From a virus (lineage: Duplodnaviria; Heunggongvirae; Uroviricota; Caudoviricetes), in IMG/VR virus record IMGVR_UViG_2861084961_000001: 64,000 nt of DNA; one strand, written 5' to 3'. Below are positions 31,019 through 42,367 of the stretch, piece after piece. The position numbers were made by a program, and so were the translations under genes. The notes under the pieces were generated by a model that worked only from the letters and a program-made list of their open reading frames with translations, searched no databases and was not told where the DNA came from. Position 1 is the first letter of the stretch. Every line of letters starts with the position of its first letter.

Positions 31019-31230
31019 TGGCATTAACACTAGCAGGTCTGGAAATCGAGAAAACAAGCGGATACTGGCGTGCTAAGGGTTTCAAGCAGCCTGGCGTTCT
31101 TGAGCGTCTGGAGCGTGAAGATGGGTATATCGTCCACCAGCGGCGTGAATGGCGCATGTACGATCCAGAAACAGGAAAACTGACTACAAAAGCCGGAACA
31201 CTTTGGGGTCTGTTAAAGAAAATACACTAA
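31018..31230 (+). CDS. Hypothetical protein (70 aa)
   Basis: ORF start-overlapping upstream stop; followed by hairpin actgcggctcgttccgcagt. Confidence 0.35.
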   Translation: MALTLAGLEIEKTSGYWRAKGFKQPGVLERLEREDGYIVHQRREWRMYDPETGKLTTKAGTLWGLLKKIH

Positions 31231-31278
31231 ATGCAAACTGACTGCGGCTCGTTCCGCAGTCATATTTCATAGTCGTCA

Positions 31279-31809
31279 CCGCTGACAGCATACACAATCA
31301 ACTGCCGCTGATAGCATATCGAGAGTCTATCTCACCGCTCACAGCATACTTTACTCGATTTTTACCGCTGACAGCATACTTAAGGCATTGCATGAATAAT
31401 GTGTACCGGTATGGGTATAACCAGAACAAAATTACCGCTGGCAGCATACGAAGGTCTGACATATGCCATTAATTACCGCTGATAGCATATCCAAACAAAA
31501 TTCCTCAATAAAACACCGCTGACAGCATACGTTCTATCAGGGAGCAGCAGGCAATAAATGCCTTTCACTACAAGTAATCAGCGCAATGGCAATAGAATGT
31601 TAGTGAGCGCAAACCTATATGGAATGCACTCTTCGAGGTTAGTAACCACTGGGGAGGTATAAAAGAGCATTGAGTGGTGATAGATGATTTACCGCTCACG
31701 GCATACGTTCATCTCACTATACCGCTGGTAGCATATCTTTAACCGTTCACAGCATACTTTTCAGAAAAATAGCCGCTGATAGCATACATTTCACCGCTGA
31801 CAGCATATC
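31279..31809. repeat. Iteron array: 12 copies of ~15-19 bp repeat CCGCTGACAGCATAC (variants) in two groups (7 + 5), downstream of repA
   Basis: Counted by eye at approx 31279, 31305, 31335, 31366, 31435, 31474, 31516, 31691, 31722, 31742, 31773, 31793. Confidence 0.85.
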
Positions 31810-32901
31810 AAAGCAGTTTGAGACTATTGGAAAGGATCTCAATCATCTTGATATTTTCAGGCGTCAAATTCTGTGAAAGTTCGGTTATCTTATTGATAAT
31901 GTTCTGTTTGGCATCAATTTCCCCGGCTTTCTCATCTGGTTTTTTGGGTTCGATGTCTTCAGGTTTTGGCGGTGCGACTTTGAGTTTTGGATTGCGGCTG
32001 TGAATCTGGATATAGATCGACCGCCCTCGCTTAATCTCGCTGTATTCGAGATAACCCAAATCTTGGAGAGCTTTTAAGCCGTTACGTATAGTCTGATTCT
32101 GCGAGCTGACATTCCTGCTACTCAAATTGAGTCGCGCACGCAATCGAGCAAGCGATACCGGCGCAGGCTTGGTTGGAAGACTTTCGATGAAGGTGTACAG
32201 AGCCTGTGCTGTTTCTTTGCGTGGTAGCTTATTGATAACCTTTAACTGTAAAAGAACCTTATGGTCAAAGCGATATAGTTCGGCCAGCTTCGGTTCTGCA
32301 TAGAACACCACCGTATCTTTCTGCTCGTTGTAGTCCACGCTATTGATGAGGTGCACCATCAGAAGCGAGATCTTGTTAGAGCCGTCGACATTCTTTTCTT
32401 CATACGTTCTCTGGAAAGACAGAGTGGTACGCATAATCTTCAAAAGACTGTTTGTAAGCCGGTCGCGGAGTGTTTTGCGGATCTGTGACGATGGATAGCC
32501 ACAAAACTTCGCAAATTTCGTGATGCTTAACTCGACACGACCGTTAGGTTCGCCGTATTCTGCCAGCGAACGCACAACGCCCACCCACGTTTTGAAATCA
32601 TGATCCATGTCGAGACGAGGACCGGTTATCTTGATATCGGAATAGCCTTCAGAACGGGCTACTTCGAGCTGAACAAGCTCCTTTGAAGCATCGATCTCAT
32701 TTGGCTTGTTACGCTTGCTGTATTTTGTCCCTTGAGCGTTGGCACGAACAACCCCAGCCGCATCAACGCAATTGGTTGGACTGTATTGTTGCTATTAGGG
32801 ACAAGTTCCCCTGTGTACAATTCAAGGGAACCTTCTTCAAAGTTGTCGAGATTATCTTCTACTTCTTTGTTATTTTTACCTTTTTTATTTTTTGTGGACA
32901 T
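31808..32901 (-). CDS. repA: Replication initiator RepA (iteron-binding), probable frame break near 32650-32760
   Basis: Minus-strand ORF 31808..32608 flanked on both sides by iterons; N-terminal Lys-rich segment MSTKNKKGKNNK starting at 32901 is in -1-related frame; larger ORF start at 33021 lies inside iterons and is rejected. Confidence 0.7.
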
Positions 32902-32922
32902 GTGGACACCTTTGTCATTCAA

Positions 32923-33023
32923 CCGCTGACAGCATACTTGATTTGCCGCTGGCAGCATACCAAAAACAGTTGGCAGCATACGGCGAACCGTTGACAGACT
33001 ATCAATTACCGCTGGCAGCATAC
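32923..33023. repeat. Upstream iteron group (4-5 copies) overlapping repA promoter
   Basis: aaccgctgacagcatac, tgccgctggcagcatac, agttggcagcatac, ccgttgacagactat, ccgctggcagcatac. Confidence 0.8.
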
Positions 33024-33059
33024 ATGAACATGGCTTCAGACCAGTCGTGGCGCGGCTTA

Positions 33060-33140
33060 CAGCGATCGGGGATCTTATTTGATCTATACAAGGATCTATC
33101 TATGGATCTCTTTATTAGGATCTATCCTGTGGATATGTAA
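33060..33140. promoter_or_regulatory. Origin-like AT-rich segment with six GATC sites in ~60 bp and a DnaA-box-like TGTGGATAT
   Basis: GATC at ~33064, 33071, 33081, 33093, 33105, 33119; tgtggatat at 33129-33137 (8/9 match to reverse DnaA box). Confidence 0.6.
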
Positions 33141-33221
33141 TAATTAAAACAGGCATTTACTACCTTCGGCGCACCTGGTGGGTTATCGTTGCCTCGGCTA
33201 ACAATCACAGAAAAATGACAT

Positions 33222-33866
33222 ATGGATCTAAAACGCACGCGCTGGGTTCGTCGTCTTGAAGACGGCTCCTACACTATCGAATCAAATTCCAACCTGAATA
33301 AGCAGAAGCTGCTTTGTGACATCTGCGGTATAGCGGCGAAGTGCCCGATCTACGAAACCAGAATTAAACTTGATAAGGCTGGTGTGAATTTTCATTTAAA
33401 CAGTTGCATCAGGTACGTTCCATTGCTCGCATTTCGTAAACCGATCATCGGATTGGATGCCCCCTACTTCAACACACTCCGTTCAGGTGTGACGTGGCGA
33501 GATCGTTTATCACCAGACAAGCTGATTTGCCTTGTATCCGCAGACACAGGGAAAATCATCCGTTTTGGGAAAGTAGACAAGGTTTACTCAGGTCCAGTAG
33601 ACGAAATGTTGCGGAAACACAGCCGGTTTAATCATCTCTGTATGGGGGGTGAGAAAATCGAAAAGGTGGAAGAAGTGATCCGTAAATCCTACGGACACTT
33701 CCTGACCAAAGATAGCCTGCTCACCGCAATCTACATCAGACATGTAAAACGTGAGTTCGACCTCGAATACCACAGTGAAGAAGAGCTTAACCTTGTTGAC
33801 CCACGTCCAAAAGCTGGCGTCATAAGCATAAACGCAGCGCGTAAAAAGCCCACTGACGCGCTGTAA
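33222..33866 (+). CDS. Hypothetical protein (214 aa)
   Basis: ORF. Confidence 0.45.
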   Translation: MDLKRTRWVRRLEDGSYTIESNSNLNKQKLLCDICGIAAKCPIYETRIKLDKAGVNFHLNSCIRYVPLLAFRKPIIGLDAPYFNTLRSGVTWRDRLSPDKLICLVSADTGKIIRFGKVDKVYSGPVDEMLRKHSRFNHLCMGGEKIEKVEEVIRKSYGHFLTKDSLLTAIYIRHVKREFDLEYHSEEELNLVDPRPKAGVISINAARKKPTDAL

Positions 33867-34120
33867 CCCTCCAGATCGCATATTGGCGTAGATAGAATCT
33901 ACGCCCCCTCAAAATAGCTCTCATAGCGTTCTACAGTGATTCTGTCTTATTTTTAGTCATACAGACAAGCAAAGTTGCGCCACGATAAATAGGTATATAC
34001 TTACTTATAAATTTTGTATATTAAGACGCTCGTTTCATTCCTAACATACCGTTATGCATAGTTGTTTACCTTCTCATTGCTCTTAAAATTTGTATCAAAA
34101 TAACCACAAAGGAAAAACAC

Positions 34121-35436
34121 ATGACTTTGCCATACGGCGTCATTTCTGACTGCCACTACCACAAATGGGATGCGTTCTCCACGACGAACGCTGAGGGGCT
34201 TAACTCCAGACTTGAAATACAGTTGGAAGCAACGAAAGAAGCAGCCATCGCCATGAAGAAGGCCGGTTGTAAGTACATGTTGGTTGCCGGTGATACATTT
34301 CACGTCCGAGGAACTGTGTCCCCTTCTGTTTTGCATTACGTAACTGAAACGTACAAGTGGATTATCAACGAGCTTGATCTGACAGTAGTAATGCTGGCCG
34401 GTAATCACGATCTTGAAACCAACGATTCAGTATATAGCGCCAACGCAGCAGCATCGCTGAGTTCTATCGGCGTGGTAATCGTATGTGGCAAGCGCCCACA
34501 CTCAATAAAAATTGGTGATGTCACTGTCCACCTGATTAGCTGGCGTAACAATCATGCGGAGCTTATCAGCGATCTGAAAGCATTACGTAAGAGCGTAGAA
34601 GGTGATAATCATGACGTTGTTATCCATACATCCATTAACAAAGCCATTCCAACAATGCCTGACGTCGGTATCGATGCGCAGGAGTTAAAGGATATCGGCT
34701 TTCGTCTCGTGCTTAGTGGGCATTACCACAACCACAAAGAGGTCATTCCTGGAGTTATCAGTGTCGGTGCACTGACCATCAAAATTGGGGAGATGTTGGA
34801 TCTCTGGCTGGTTACATGATCGTAAACCCGGACGGCAGTTTCAGTCACTACGAAACCAGTGCGCCTAAATTCATTAACCTGGAAGATTATGTTGCCGATG
34901 ATCAAATTCGCGGCAACTACGTGCGTTTCCGCGCCGTAATGAGAACGATGAAGAAGGCATTAAGTACCAGAACATCCTCAAAACAATGGGTGCAAAGGTG
35001 TTGTGTGCAACTTCATCCGTAAGTCATCAATGATGGAAGGGACAGCAAGCACAACGGAAACCAGCAAAATCGATAGCCTGGGAGAGTCGGTATCTGCTTA
35101 TTGCAAGATTGTCCACGATACTGACGGCGGATTTGATCTGAGCAAGTTGGATATTTTGTGTCAGGAAATCCTCACCGAAGCGGAGAGTTCGGAGGCTGTG
35201 TGAGGCAAAGTCGTTATGGGAGCTTTCGAGACTTTGCCATCACGATGAAAAGACTTGAACGAGGCCAGACGGTGATGTTTCACAAGCCCTACCCGCCACA
35301 AGGAAATCCCGTAGCGTTTTATCTTGGAAGGTTAACCAGAAAAGGCGTATTGAGGCGCAGATCCTTCCCGGCGCATACGGAGTTCAGATTGAAAGAAGGT
35401 CAAAAGCTAACACACGGTATCAAAGGTGTTATATGA
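34121..35436 (+). CDS. SbcD/Mre11-like nuclease (calcineurin-like phosphoesterase), C-terminal part frame-broken
   Basis: Phosphoesterase motifs DCHYH, AGDTFH, GNHD, GHYH; conserved start context; C-terminal fragments 34816, 35003, 35158. Confidence 0.7.
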
Positions 35437-37346
35437 AGTTTTTAAAACTCCAGGTTGAGAATTTTATGGCTATCGCCAGCGCGGAGGTCGAGTTAGATCA
35501 GCGTGGTTTAGTGCTAATTCAGGGCATTAATAGTGATGATAGTTCCGCATCAAGTAATGGCTCTGGAAAGTCAACTCTAATGAATAGCCTGATGTGGTGT
35601 CTTTATGGCGAAACAGCTCATGGTGTGAAGGGTGACGATGTGTTGTCTACCGACCATGAAAAGAACTGTCGTGTTGCAGTAACCATCGAGGATGAAGGCA
35701 AGAGATATGCGATCATTCGTCACCGTAACACAAAGAGTTCAAAAATCGTCTTATCGTTCGTGGTGAAGATGGCGATATGACGAAAGGCAAAGATGCGCTG
35801 ACGCAGGAGTTCGTCGAGCGTCTGATCGGTGCATCTAAAGAGGTTTTCATGGCTTCCATCTATGCGAGCCAAGAAGCTATGCCAGATCTACCTGGAATGT
35901 CCGACAAAAACCTCAAAACCATCGTAGAAGAAGCCGCTGGCGTTGACAGACTGACACGCGCCTACGCTATTGCTCGTGAACGAGCTAACGCAGCTGCCGC
36001 ACGCATGGACGTGGTTAAAACCAAATTGGAGTCGACAATCTCGACCATTGAGGCAACACAGTCAGAAATTGAGTCCGCGAAAGCCTCCTCTGAATCATGG
36101 GAACAAGAGCGTTCTAAACGTTATGACGATGCCCTAGCTGGGCTGGCAAGTGCCGAAGTTGAGTTAACGGAAGTTGAACTTGAGATCCGCACTCTTCCCG
36201 AACAGATCCGTGATACCGAGAAGGCAATCGAAAGTGAGCGCAAAAAGTTAGCCTCAAAAGAAGAACATGATGCCAAGTTGCTCAAAGTGCGTGGTGCGAT
36301 AACTGATATTCGGGCAAGCATCAAAGCTACAGAAATAGTCAGGCTGATGCAATGAGCCGCGCGCGCAATTTTAAGACCAAAGCAGAAGAGGTTGGTACTA
36401 AAGTAGGATCACCATGCCCTACTTGTGGCAAAGCCTACTGCGAAGAAGATCTATCAACGGTGAAGGAGAATTTCATTGAACAAGCACGTCAGGAAATTGG
36501 TCAGGCGAAGACACTTGCAGAGGCAATGGCTAAACACAAAACGAATCTTGAGAAGGCGTTAAGCATTGAGTCTGCCCTTGTTAAAACGACACCTGATGTA
36601 ACGGCTATCATTGCCCGGATTGAAGAGCTTACTAAACAACTTTCATCTTTGCGTCATCGTGAGAAGGAGGTTGTTGCTATTGAGTCTCTTGTGACTCGTG
36701 CTCGTACTGAGGTCGATCGTATATCAAAAGAGATTAATCCGTTTATTGCTCTTATCGCCAGACACGAAGATAACCTGGTATCCAGTAAGTCTACCTTCAA
36801 GTCCTTAAAAGATGAGTTGAAGGCTATTCAGGAACAAACGTTGCTATTGGAAAAAGCTCGTCAGGTCTACTCTCCTGCCGGGGTGCGTTCTCATATTTTG
36901 ACGTCTGTTACGCCTTTCCTGAATACACGCACTGCCGAGTATCTCAATACGTTGTCTGACGGGAATATTACTGCTGAGTGGTCGACGATGGATGTCACTA
37001 AAAAGGTGAGTATCGCGACAAATTCAACATTAGTGTGCAGAAGAAAGGTTCAAGTAAGTCGTTCCAAACCCTCTCTGGTGGTGAGAAGCGGAAGGTTCGC
37101 ATTGCGTGTTCTTTGGCATTGCAGGATCTGGTTAGTAACCGGGCGAGTAAAAACATCGATTTGTTTATCGGCGACGAAATTGACGATGCACTCGATACAG
37201 CCGGTCTTGAACGCCTCATGGGTATTCTGGAGTCCAAAGCTCGCGAGCGAGGTACTGTGCTGATTATCTCCCATAAAGAGATGAAGTCATGGTTCCGGGA
37301 AACTATTACGCTGGAAGTTAAAGAGGGGCGCAGCTATGTCGTTTAA
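35433..37346 (+). CDS. SbcC/Rad50-like ATPase, split into 4 frames by -1 shifts
   Basis: Walker A GSGKST, coiled-coil, zinc-hook CPTCGK, ABC signature LSGGEKR, D-loop DLFIGDEIDDALD across ORFs 35433, 35777, 36352, 37035. Confidence 0.7.
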
Positions 37347-38078
37347 ATTAAGCCGCACGCAGTTTTTGCAGGTATTTGCAGTGATGCAGTCGATAAAACT
37401 GATCAATGGGCATACTTCCAATGGTGCGGCTCCACGTATTCTGTGGGGCAGCAACAATATTGACGGAGTACAATTCGCCGCGTTGCTTGGTCTAATATCC
37501 GAGACACCATTGATGCAAAGTTTGAAATCACTACCACCTGGATGTATTGCGCCGATCCTGATTAATCCTTTTGTTGAGGGGGATATCTTCCCAACGTCGG
37601 GCCTGGGTTTATTGCATCCCATGAAACTGAAGATCTTAACATTAATAGCGAAGGGTTCTTTGGGGGAATGGGTGCGCATCACTGTATGGCTTTCACGAAC
37701 CTTATTCGACTTGCCAATAAGCGGGTGGATAGTTTGGCATCTCCAGGTGATGCTTTTACTGATTTCCTTATCCAAAGGAGGGATAAAAAGTACAGTGCGG
37801 ACAAACTACAGTTTATTGGTAAGTATGGAGAAATGGTAGAAATCGAACTTCAGCTCCCTCATGTTTTAGCAAACGATAGTGCAGACAGTCGGAGGCTGTT
37901 GGGCATCATGCGTCATTTCATAGCAAGTGGCGTTAAACATGCCGTAGATAAACGTGTCACGCAGGAAAATGAGTATTCAGACTTTGCAAACTATCCCCAA
38001 CCAACGTTGCAAACGGCAATAATAGCCAATTCGTTGGAGGCGAGATTATTGGAAAACCCTATATGGGGAACATGGTAA
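37336..38078 (+). CDS. Hypothetical protein (two overlapping ORFs in -1 relation)
   Basis: ORFs 37336..37839 and 37668..38078; first frame looks partly non-protein-like, true frame path uncertain. Confidence 0.3.
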
Positions 38079-38124
38079 GGAGACTATATGAGTAAAAAAT
38101 CAGCGTAGTTGGTGTTGATCCTCA

Positions 38125-38654
38125 ATGAGTAACTTTGGGCTTGCTGTGGGCACTTTAGACCTTGAAACGGACGAACTTGAGATTCACGGCCTTACTCTTG
38201 TTGAGACTAAAGCGGGGAGTAACAAAAAGACAGTTCGTGTGAACAGCGACGATCTGCGCCGTGCCAGTGAAATATGGCGTGTTGCGAAGCCAATCATTGA
38301 TAAGGCAAATATGGTTTTTTGTGAGCTACCGGTTGGGAGCCAAACTCTCGTTCGCAGACGTCTTACGGAATTTGTATCGGTGTACTTGCGTGTGTGGATA
38401 AGCCATTGATCCAGGTTACTCCAAACGAAATTAAGCATTTTGTCGGCAATAAACTTACTACATCGAAAGAAGAGATTATCCAGTGGGCTACGAAAAAACA
38501 CCCTAAAGCACCGTGGCTGCGTCGTAAGCAATCTGGACAGGATGTTCTCGTGAACAAAAACGAACATTTGGCTGATGCGGTGGCTGCCATCCATACCGGT
38601 ATGCAAACGGATCAGTTCCGCCAGGTGCGCGATGTTCTTAAGTCTCTCATTTGA
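38125..38654 (+). CDS. RuvC-like Holliday junction resolvase candidate (frame break near 38400)
   Basis: C-terminal EHLADAVAAIHTG resembles RuvC D..DA.A.A..H motif; combined length ~176 aa. Confidence 0.45.
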
Positions 38655-38688
38655 TTTCATTGATAGGTAAGTGCTTATCTATTAACAT

Positions 38689-38720
38689 GGGCCACTATAT
38701 TTAGTGGCCCTCTTTATTTG
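38689..38720 (+). terminator. Terminator hairpin gggccactatatttagtggccc + T-rich
   Basis: 7 bp GC stem, followed by tctttattt. Confidence 0.6.
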
Positions 38721-38727
38721 GTGATAC

Positions 38728-41043
38728 ATGATAAGCATCGTAAAACGTAACGGCCAAACAGAGCCGTTATCCGAAGAAAAATACAACCGCGTCGTAATGT
38801 ATGGCGTAGAAGGCATTCGTGGTGTAAGCGCATCCGCTGTAGCAATGGGAGCTGCGGCCAGCATTTTTGATGGGATTACCACCAGCCAGTTGCATGAGGC
38901 TTTGGTTAAATCTGCCGCTGATTTGATCTCACCAGATGCACCAAATTACTCACAGGTGGCTGCCCGCCTGAACATTTTTAAAATCCGCAAAGATGCCTTC
39001 GGTCGTTACGACTATCCGAACTTCTACCAACACATTGTCAAGAACGTTAACAAGGGCGTTTATGACAAGGATTTGCTGACACATTATTCGTTTGAAGAGA
39101 TCGAAGAACTCGGCAATTACATTAAGCCTAAACGTGACGATCTTTTTGGCTATGCAGCTACGGTGCAATTGCAAAGCAAATACCTCGTTCAAAACCGTGT
39201 TACTGGTGAGATTCATGAGGGGCCGCAACATATCTATATGCTGGTAGGCATGTGTCTGTTCCAGAATTGGGAAGACGACTGCGCTGGCAAAACACGTATG
39301 GAGATGGTCAAAGGTTTCTATGACGTTACAAGTACGTTCAAACTGTCTCTGCCCACACCAATCATGGCCGGCGTCCGTACTCCAACCCGTCAGTTCTCCA
39401 GTTGTGTGCTGATTGAGTCTGGCGATAGTCTGAAAGGGATTAGCGCAGCTTCAGCCGCAATTATCGACTACGTTTCACGTCGTGCTGGAATTGGTATTGG
39501 TTTTGGCCGTATCCGTGCGCTGGGCAGTGAGATCCGCAATGGTGAAGCCACCCATACCGGAGTTATTCCATTCCTGAAGCATTTCCAGACGGCTGTTAAA
39601 TCTTGCTCGCAAGGTGGTGTCCGTGGTGGCGCAGCAACAGCGTTTTACCCGATTTGGCATCTTGAAGTTGAAAGTCTGCTGGTGGTGAAAAATAACCGTG
39701 GTATCGATGAAAACCGCGTTCGCCATCTTGATTACGGTGTCATGAGTAACCGTCTGATGTACCGTCGACTCGTCAGAAGCGAGAACATCACTCTGTTCAG
39801 CCCGCATGATGTGCCTGATATGTACGAAGCCTTCTTCACAGACCAGGATCTGTTTGAAAAGCTGTACCATAAATACGAAGCCGATGATTCAATTCGCAAG
39901 AAGTCAGTGCCTGCCATTGAGCTGTTCTCATCTCTGATGCAGGAACGAGCGTCCACGGGCCGAATTTATATTGCGAACGTCGATCATATTAACGAGCATG
40001 GCGCTTTCATTCCTGCTCTTGCACCTGTCCGCCAGTCAAACCTGTGTATGGAGATCACCCTACCCACCCGTCCACTGACATTTACCGACGACCCGAACGG
40101 TGAGATCGCGCTTTGCACTTTATCCGCTTTTAACCTCGGAGCCATCCGTTCACTGGAGTCTCTTAAAGAGGTGGCGTTCTATGCCGTCGCTGCACTGGAT
40201 TCGTTACTGGATTATCAAGACTATCCGATGGAGGCAGCCGAAGTGCCTGCCAAAGCTCGTCGTAGCCTGGGAATCGGTGTAACCAACTTTGCTTATTACC
40301 TGGCAAAGAATGGCGTTCGTTATTCTGATACCGCTGGCAATAAACTGGTGCATGAAACGTTCGAAGCTATCCAGTATTACCTTCTCGATGCCAGCTGCCA
40401 ACTTGCTGAAGCTAAAGGTGAGTGTGACTGGTTTGAGCAGACCAAATACGCAATTGGTCAGTTGCCGATCGACCATTACCGTTCTTCATTAGACGAAAGT
40501 GGTGAAACCAACTTTGAGTTAAAGATGCCGTGGGAAGAACTGCGTGAACGTATTGCAAAATTCGGTCTTCGCAACTCCACACTGACGGCACAAATGCCAT
40601 GCGAGACTTCCAGCCAGATCACTAATTCCACCAACGGCATCGAACCGCCTCGTGGACCGGTGTCGGTGAAATCTTCTAAGGACGGCATCGTTAAGATGGT
40701 CGTGCCTGAGTTTGAAAAACTGAAGGAACAGTATGAATACCTGTGGGATATGCCGGACAACCGCGGCTATCTGACAAAGGTGGCGATCATCCAGAAGTTC
40801 TTTGACCAGGCTATTTCAGCCAATACCAACTATGACCCTTCTCGCTTTGAAGGCGATAAAGTCCCAATGATGACGCTACTGTCAGATTTGCTTCTCGCCT
40901 ACAAGATGGGAGTTAAAACGCTTTACTACCACAACACCAGAGATGGGGCAGGAAAGCGTGATGACGACGAACCGCAGAATCCACTGACGCAAGCTGTAGC
41001 CGTCGAGCCAGAAGATGAGTGCGACGGAGCCTGCAAAATCTGA
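38728..41043 (+). CDS. nrdA: Ribonucleotide reductase class Ia large subunit NrdA (T4-like)
   Basis: 771 aa intact ORF; N-terminal ATP cone; TPIMAGVRTPTRQFSSCVLIESGDSLKGI and NLCMEI, CETSSQITNSTNGIEPPRGP active-site regions closely match T4/E. coli NrdA. Confidence 0.95.
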   Translation: MISIVKRNGQTEPLSEEKYNRVVMYGVEGIRGVSASAVAMGAAASIFDGITTSQLHEALVKSAADLISPDAPNYSQVAARLNIFKIRKDAFGRYDYPNFYQHIVKNVNKGVYDKDLLTHYSFEEIEELGNYIKPKRDDLFGYAATVQLQSKYLVQNRVTGEIHEGPQHIYMLVGMCLFQNWEDDCAGKTRMEMVKGFYDVTSTFKLSLPTPIMAGVRTPTRQFSSCVLIESGDSLKGISAASAAIIDYVSRRAGIGIGFGRIRALGSEIRNGEATHTGVIPFLKHFQTAVKSCSQGGVRGGAATAFYPIWHLEVESLLVVKNNRGIDENRVRHLDYGVMSNRLMYRRLVRSENITLFSPHDVPDMYEAFFTDQDLFEKLYHKYEADDSIRKKSVPAIELFSSLMQERASTGRIYIANVDHINEHGAFIPALAPVRQSNLCMEITLPTRPLTFTDDPNGEIALCTLSAFNLGAIRSLESLKEVAFYAVAALDSLLDYQDYPMEAAEVPAKARRSLGIGVTNFAYYLAKNGVRYSDTAGNKLVHETFEAIQYYLLDASCQLAEAKGECDWFEQTKYAIGQLPIDHYRSSLDESGETNFELKMPWEELRERIAKFGLRNSTLTAQMPCETSSQITNSTNGIEPPRGPVSVKSSKDGIVKMVVPEFEKLKEQYEYLWDMPDNRGYLTKVAIIQKFFDQAISANTNYDPSRFEGDKVPMMTLLSDLLLAYKMGVKTLYYHNTRDGAGKRDDDEPQNPLTQAVAVEPEDECDGACKI

Positions 41044-41147
41044 CATATGGTGGGGGGTATCCCACCTTCTCTTTGATTTGTAAGCCTTGTTTAAACAAAT
41101 AAGATAACAACTTGTTTAAACACATCAAAAAGCAAAAGGAAAAACAC

Positions 41148-42290
41148 ATGTCATATTCAACGTTCCGTTTGGGTGCTAATGATGCAACCAAAGAGCCTAT
41201 GTTCCTCGGACAATCTGTCAACGTGGCACGTTACGATCAGCAAAAATACCGTGATTTTGAAAAGTTGATTGAACGTCAATTGTCTTTCTTCTGGCGGCCG
41301 GAAGAAGTTGATATTTCGAGCGATCGTATCGACTTCAACACGAAGCTGCGGGACCACGAACGTCACATTTTTCTGAGCAATCTCCGTTATCAAACGTTAC
41401 TCGATTCAGTTCAGGGACGTAGCCCAAATGCAACGTTGCTGCCGCTTATCTCTATTCCTGAACTGGAAACGTGGGTTGAAACATGGTCTTTCTCTGAGAC
41501 TATCCATAGCCGCAGCTACACCCACATTATTCGTGGCATGGTGGACGATCCGAGCATTGTTTTTGACGGTATTGTTACGGATGAAGAAATCATCAACCGA
41601 GCGATCAGTATCTCTGCTGAATATGACAGGCTTTATGGGATGACCTGCGAGCGCCAGTCGTTAGGTGAGAAGGAGTTTGAACGTCTGTACGTAAATGAAT
41701 ATGGCTGGGAGCCATACCCTTTGCACCGTCAGCTTTTCCGCACGTTGGTGTCCATTAATGCGCTTGAGGCGATCCGTTTCTATGTAAGTTTTGCATGTAC
41801 GTTTGCCTTTGGCGAACGGAAGTTGCTTGAGGGTAACACCAAAATTATGCGCTTTATTGCCCGTGATGAAGCTCTGCATTGCGAAGGAACTGAACGCATG
41901 ATCCGCTTCATGCGTACCGGTCGCGAAGGTTTATTGTGGAAAGAGATTGCTGCTGATGAAGAAAATGTCATTTACGACACCATGAAATCAGTCGCCGAAC
42001 AAGAAATGAACTGGGCAGACTATCTCTTCAAAGACGGTTCGATGATTGGTTTAAACGCGGATATTCTGAAGACCTATGTAAAATACCGCACCAATCTGGC
42101 TATGAATCGTCTTGGCCTGAAGGCTTTATTTCCAGAGGTTACCACCGATCCGCTGATCTGGATGAACAAGTGGTTGTTAACCGACACACTGCAAATTGCA
42201 CCACAAGAGGCAGAGCAAAGCACATATCTGGTAGGTCAGATCGATTCTACCGTGGATAAGGCTTCTCTAAGCCAGTTTGCTGACCTGTAA
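41148..42290 (+). CDS. nrdB: Ribonucleotide reductase small subunit NrdB
   Basis: [22 protein letters not shown]-terminus like E. coli NrdB; di-iron motifs in EAIRFYVSF and RDEALHCEG; start at ATG 41148 after conserved AAAGGAAAAACACATG. Confidence 0.9.
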   Translation: MSYSTFRLGANDATKEPMFLGQSVNVARYDQQKYRDFEKLIERQLSFFWRPEEVDISSDRIDFNTKLRDHERHIFLSNLRYQTLLDSVQGRSPNATLLPLISIPELETWVETWSFSETIHSRSYTHIIRGMVDDPSIVFDGIVTDEEIINRAISISAEYDRLYGMTCERQSLGEKEFERLYVNEYGWEPYPLHRQLFRTLVSINALEAIRFYVSFACTFAFGERKLLEGNTKIMRFIARDEALHCEGTERMIRFMRTGREGLLWKEIAADEENVIYDTMKSVAEQEMNWADYLFKDGSMIGLNADILKTYVKYRTNLAMNRLGLKALFPEVTTDPLIWMNKWLLTDTLQIAPQEAEQSTYLVGQIDSTVDKASLSQFADL

Positions 42291-42367
42291 ACCGATACAA
42301 AGCATTATGTGGCCTGGCAACGCTGGGCCACAATGGATCACAAGAATTAAGAAGGAACAAAACTAGC

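Noticed and set aside
32902-33021. Longer minus-strand ORF start at 33021 for the rep N-terminus
   Set aside because: It would begin inside the upstream iteron array; ATG at 32901 lies just downstream of the iterons, as expected for an autoregulated rep promoter.
31279-33023. Repeat array considered as a possible CRISPR array
   Set aside because: Repeats are short (about 15 bp), degenerate and irregularly spaced (20-31 bp plus a 150 bp gap), flank a rep gene on both sides and have no cas genes; they are plasmid-type iterons.
38950-40760. Several 60-130 aa minus-strand ORFs inside nrdA
   Set aside because: Antisense to an intact, highly conserved 771 aa NrdA; these are chance open frames.
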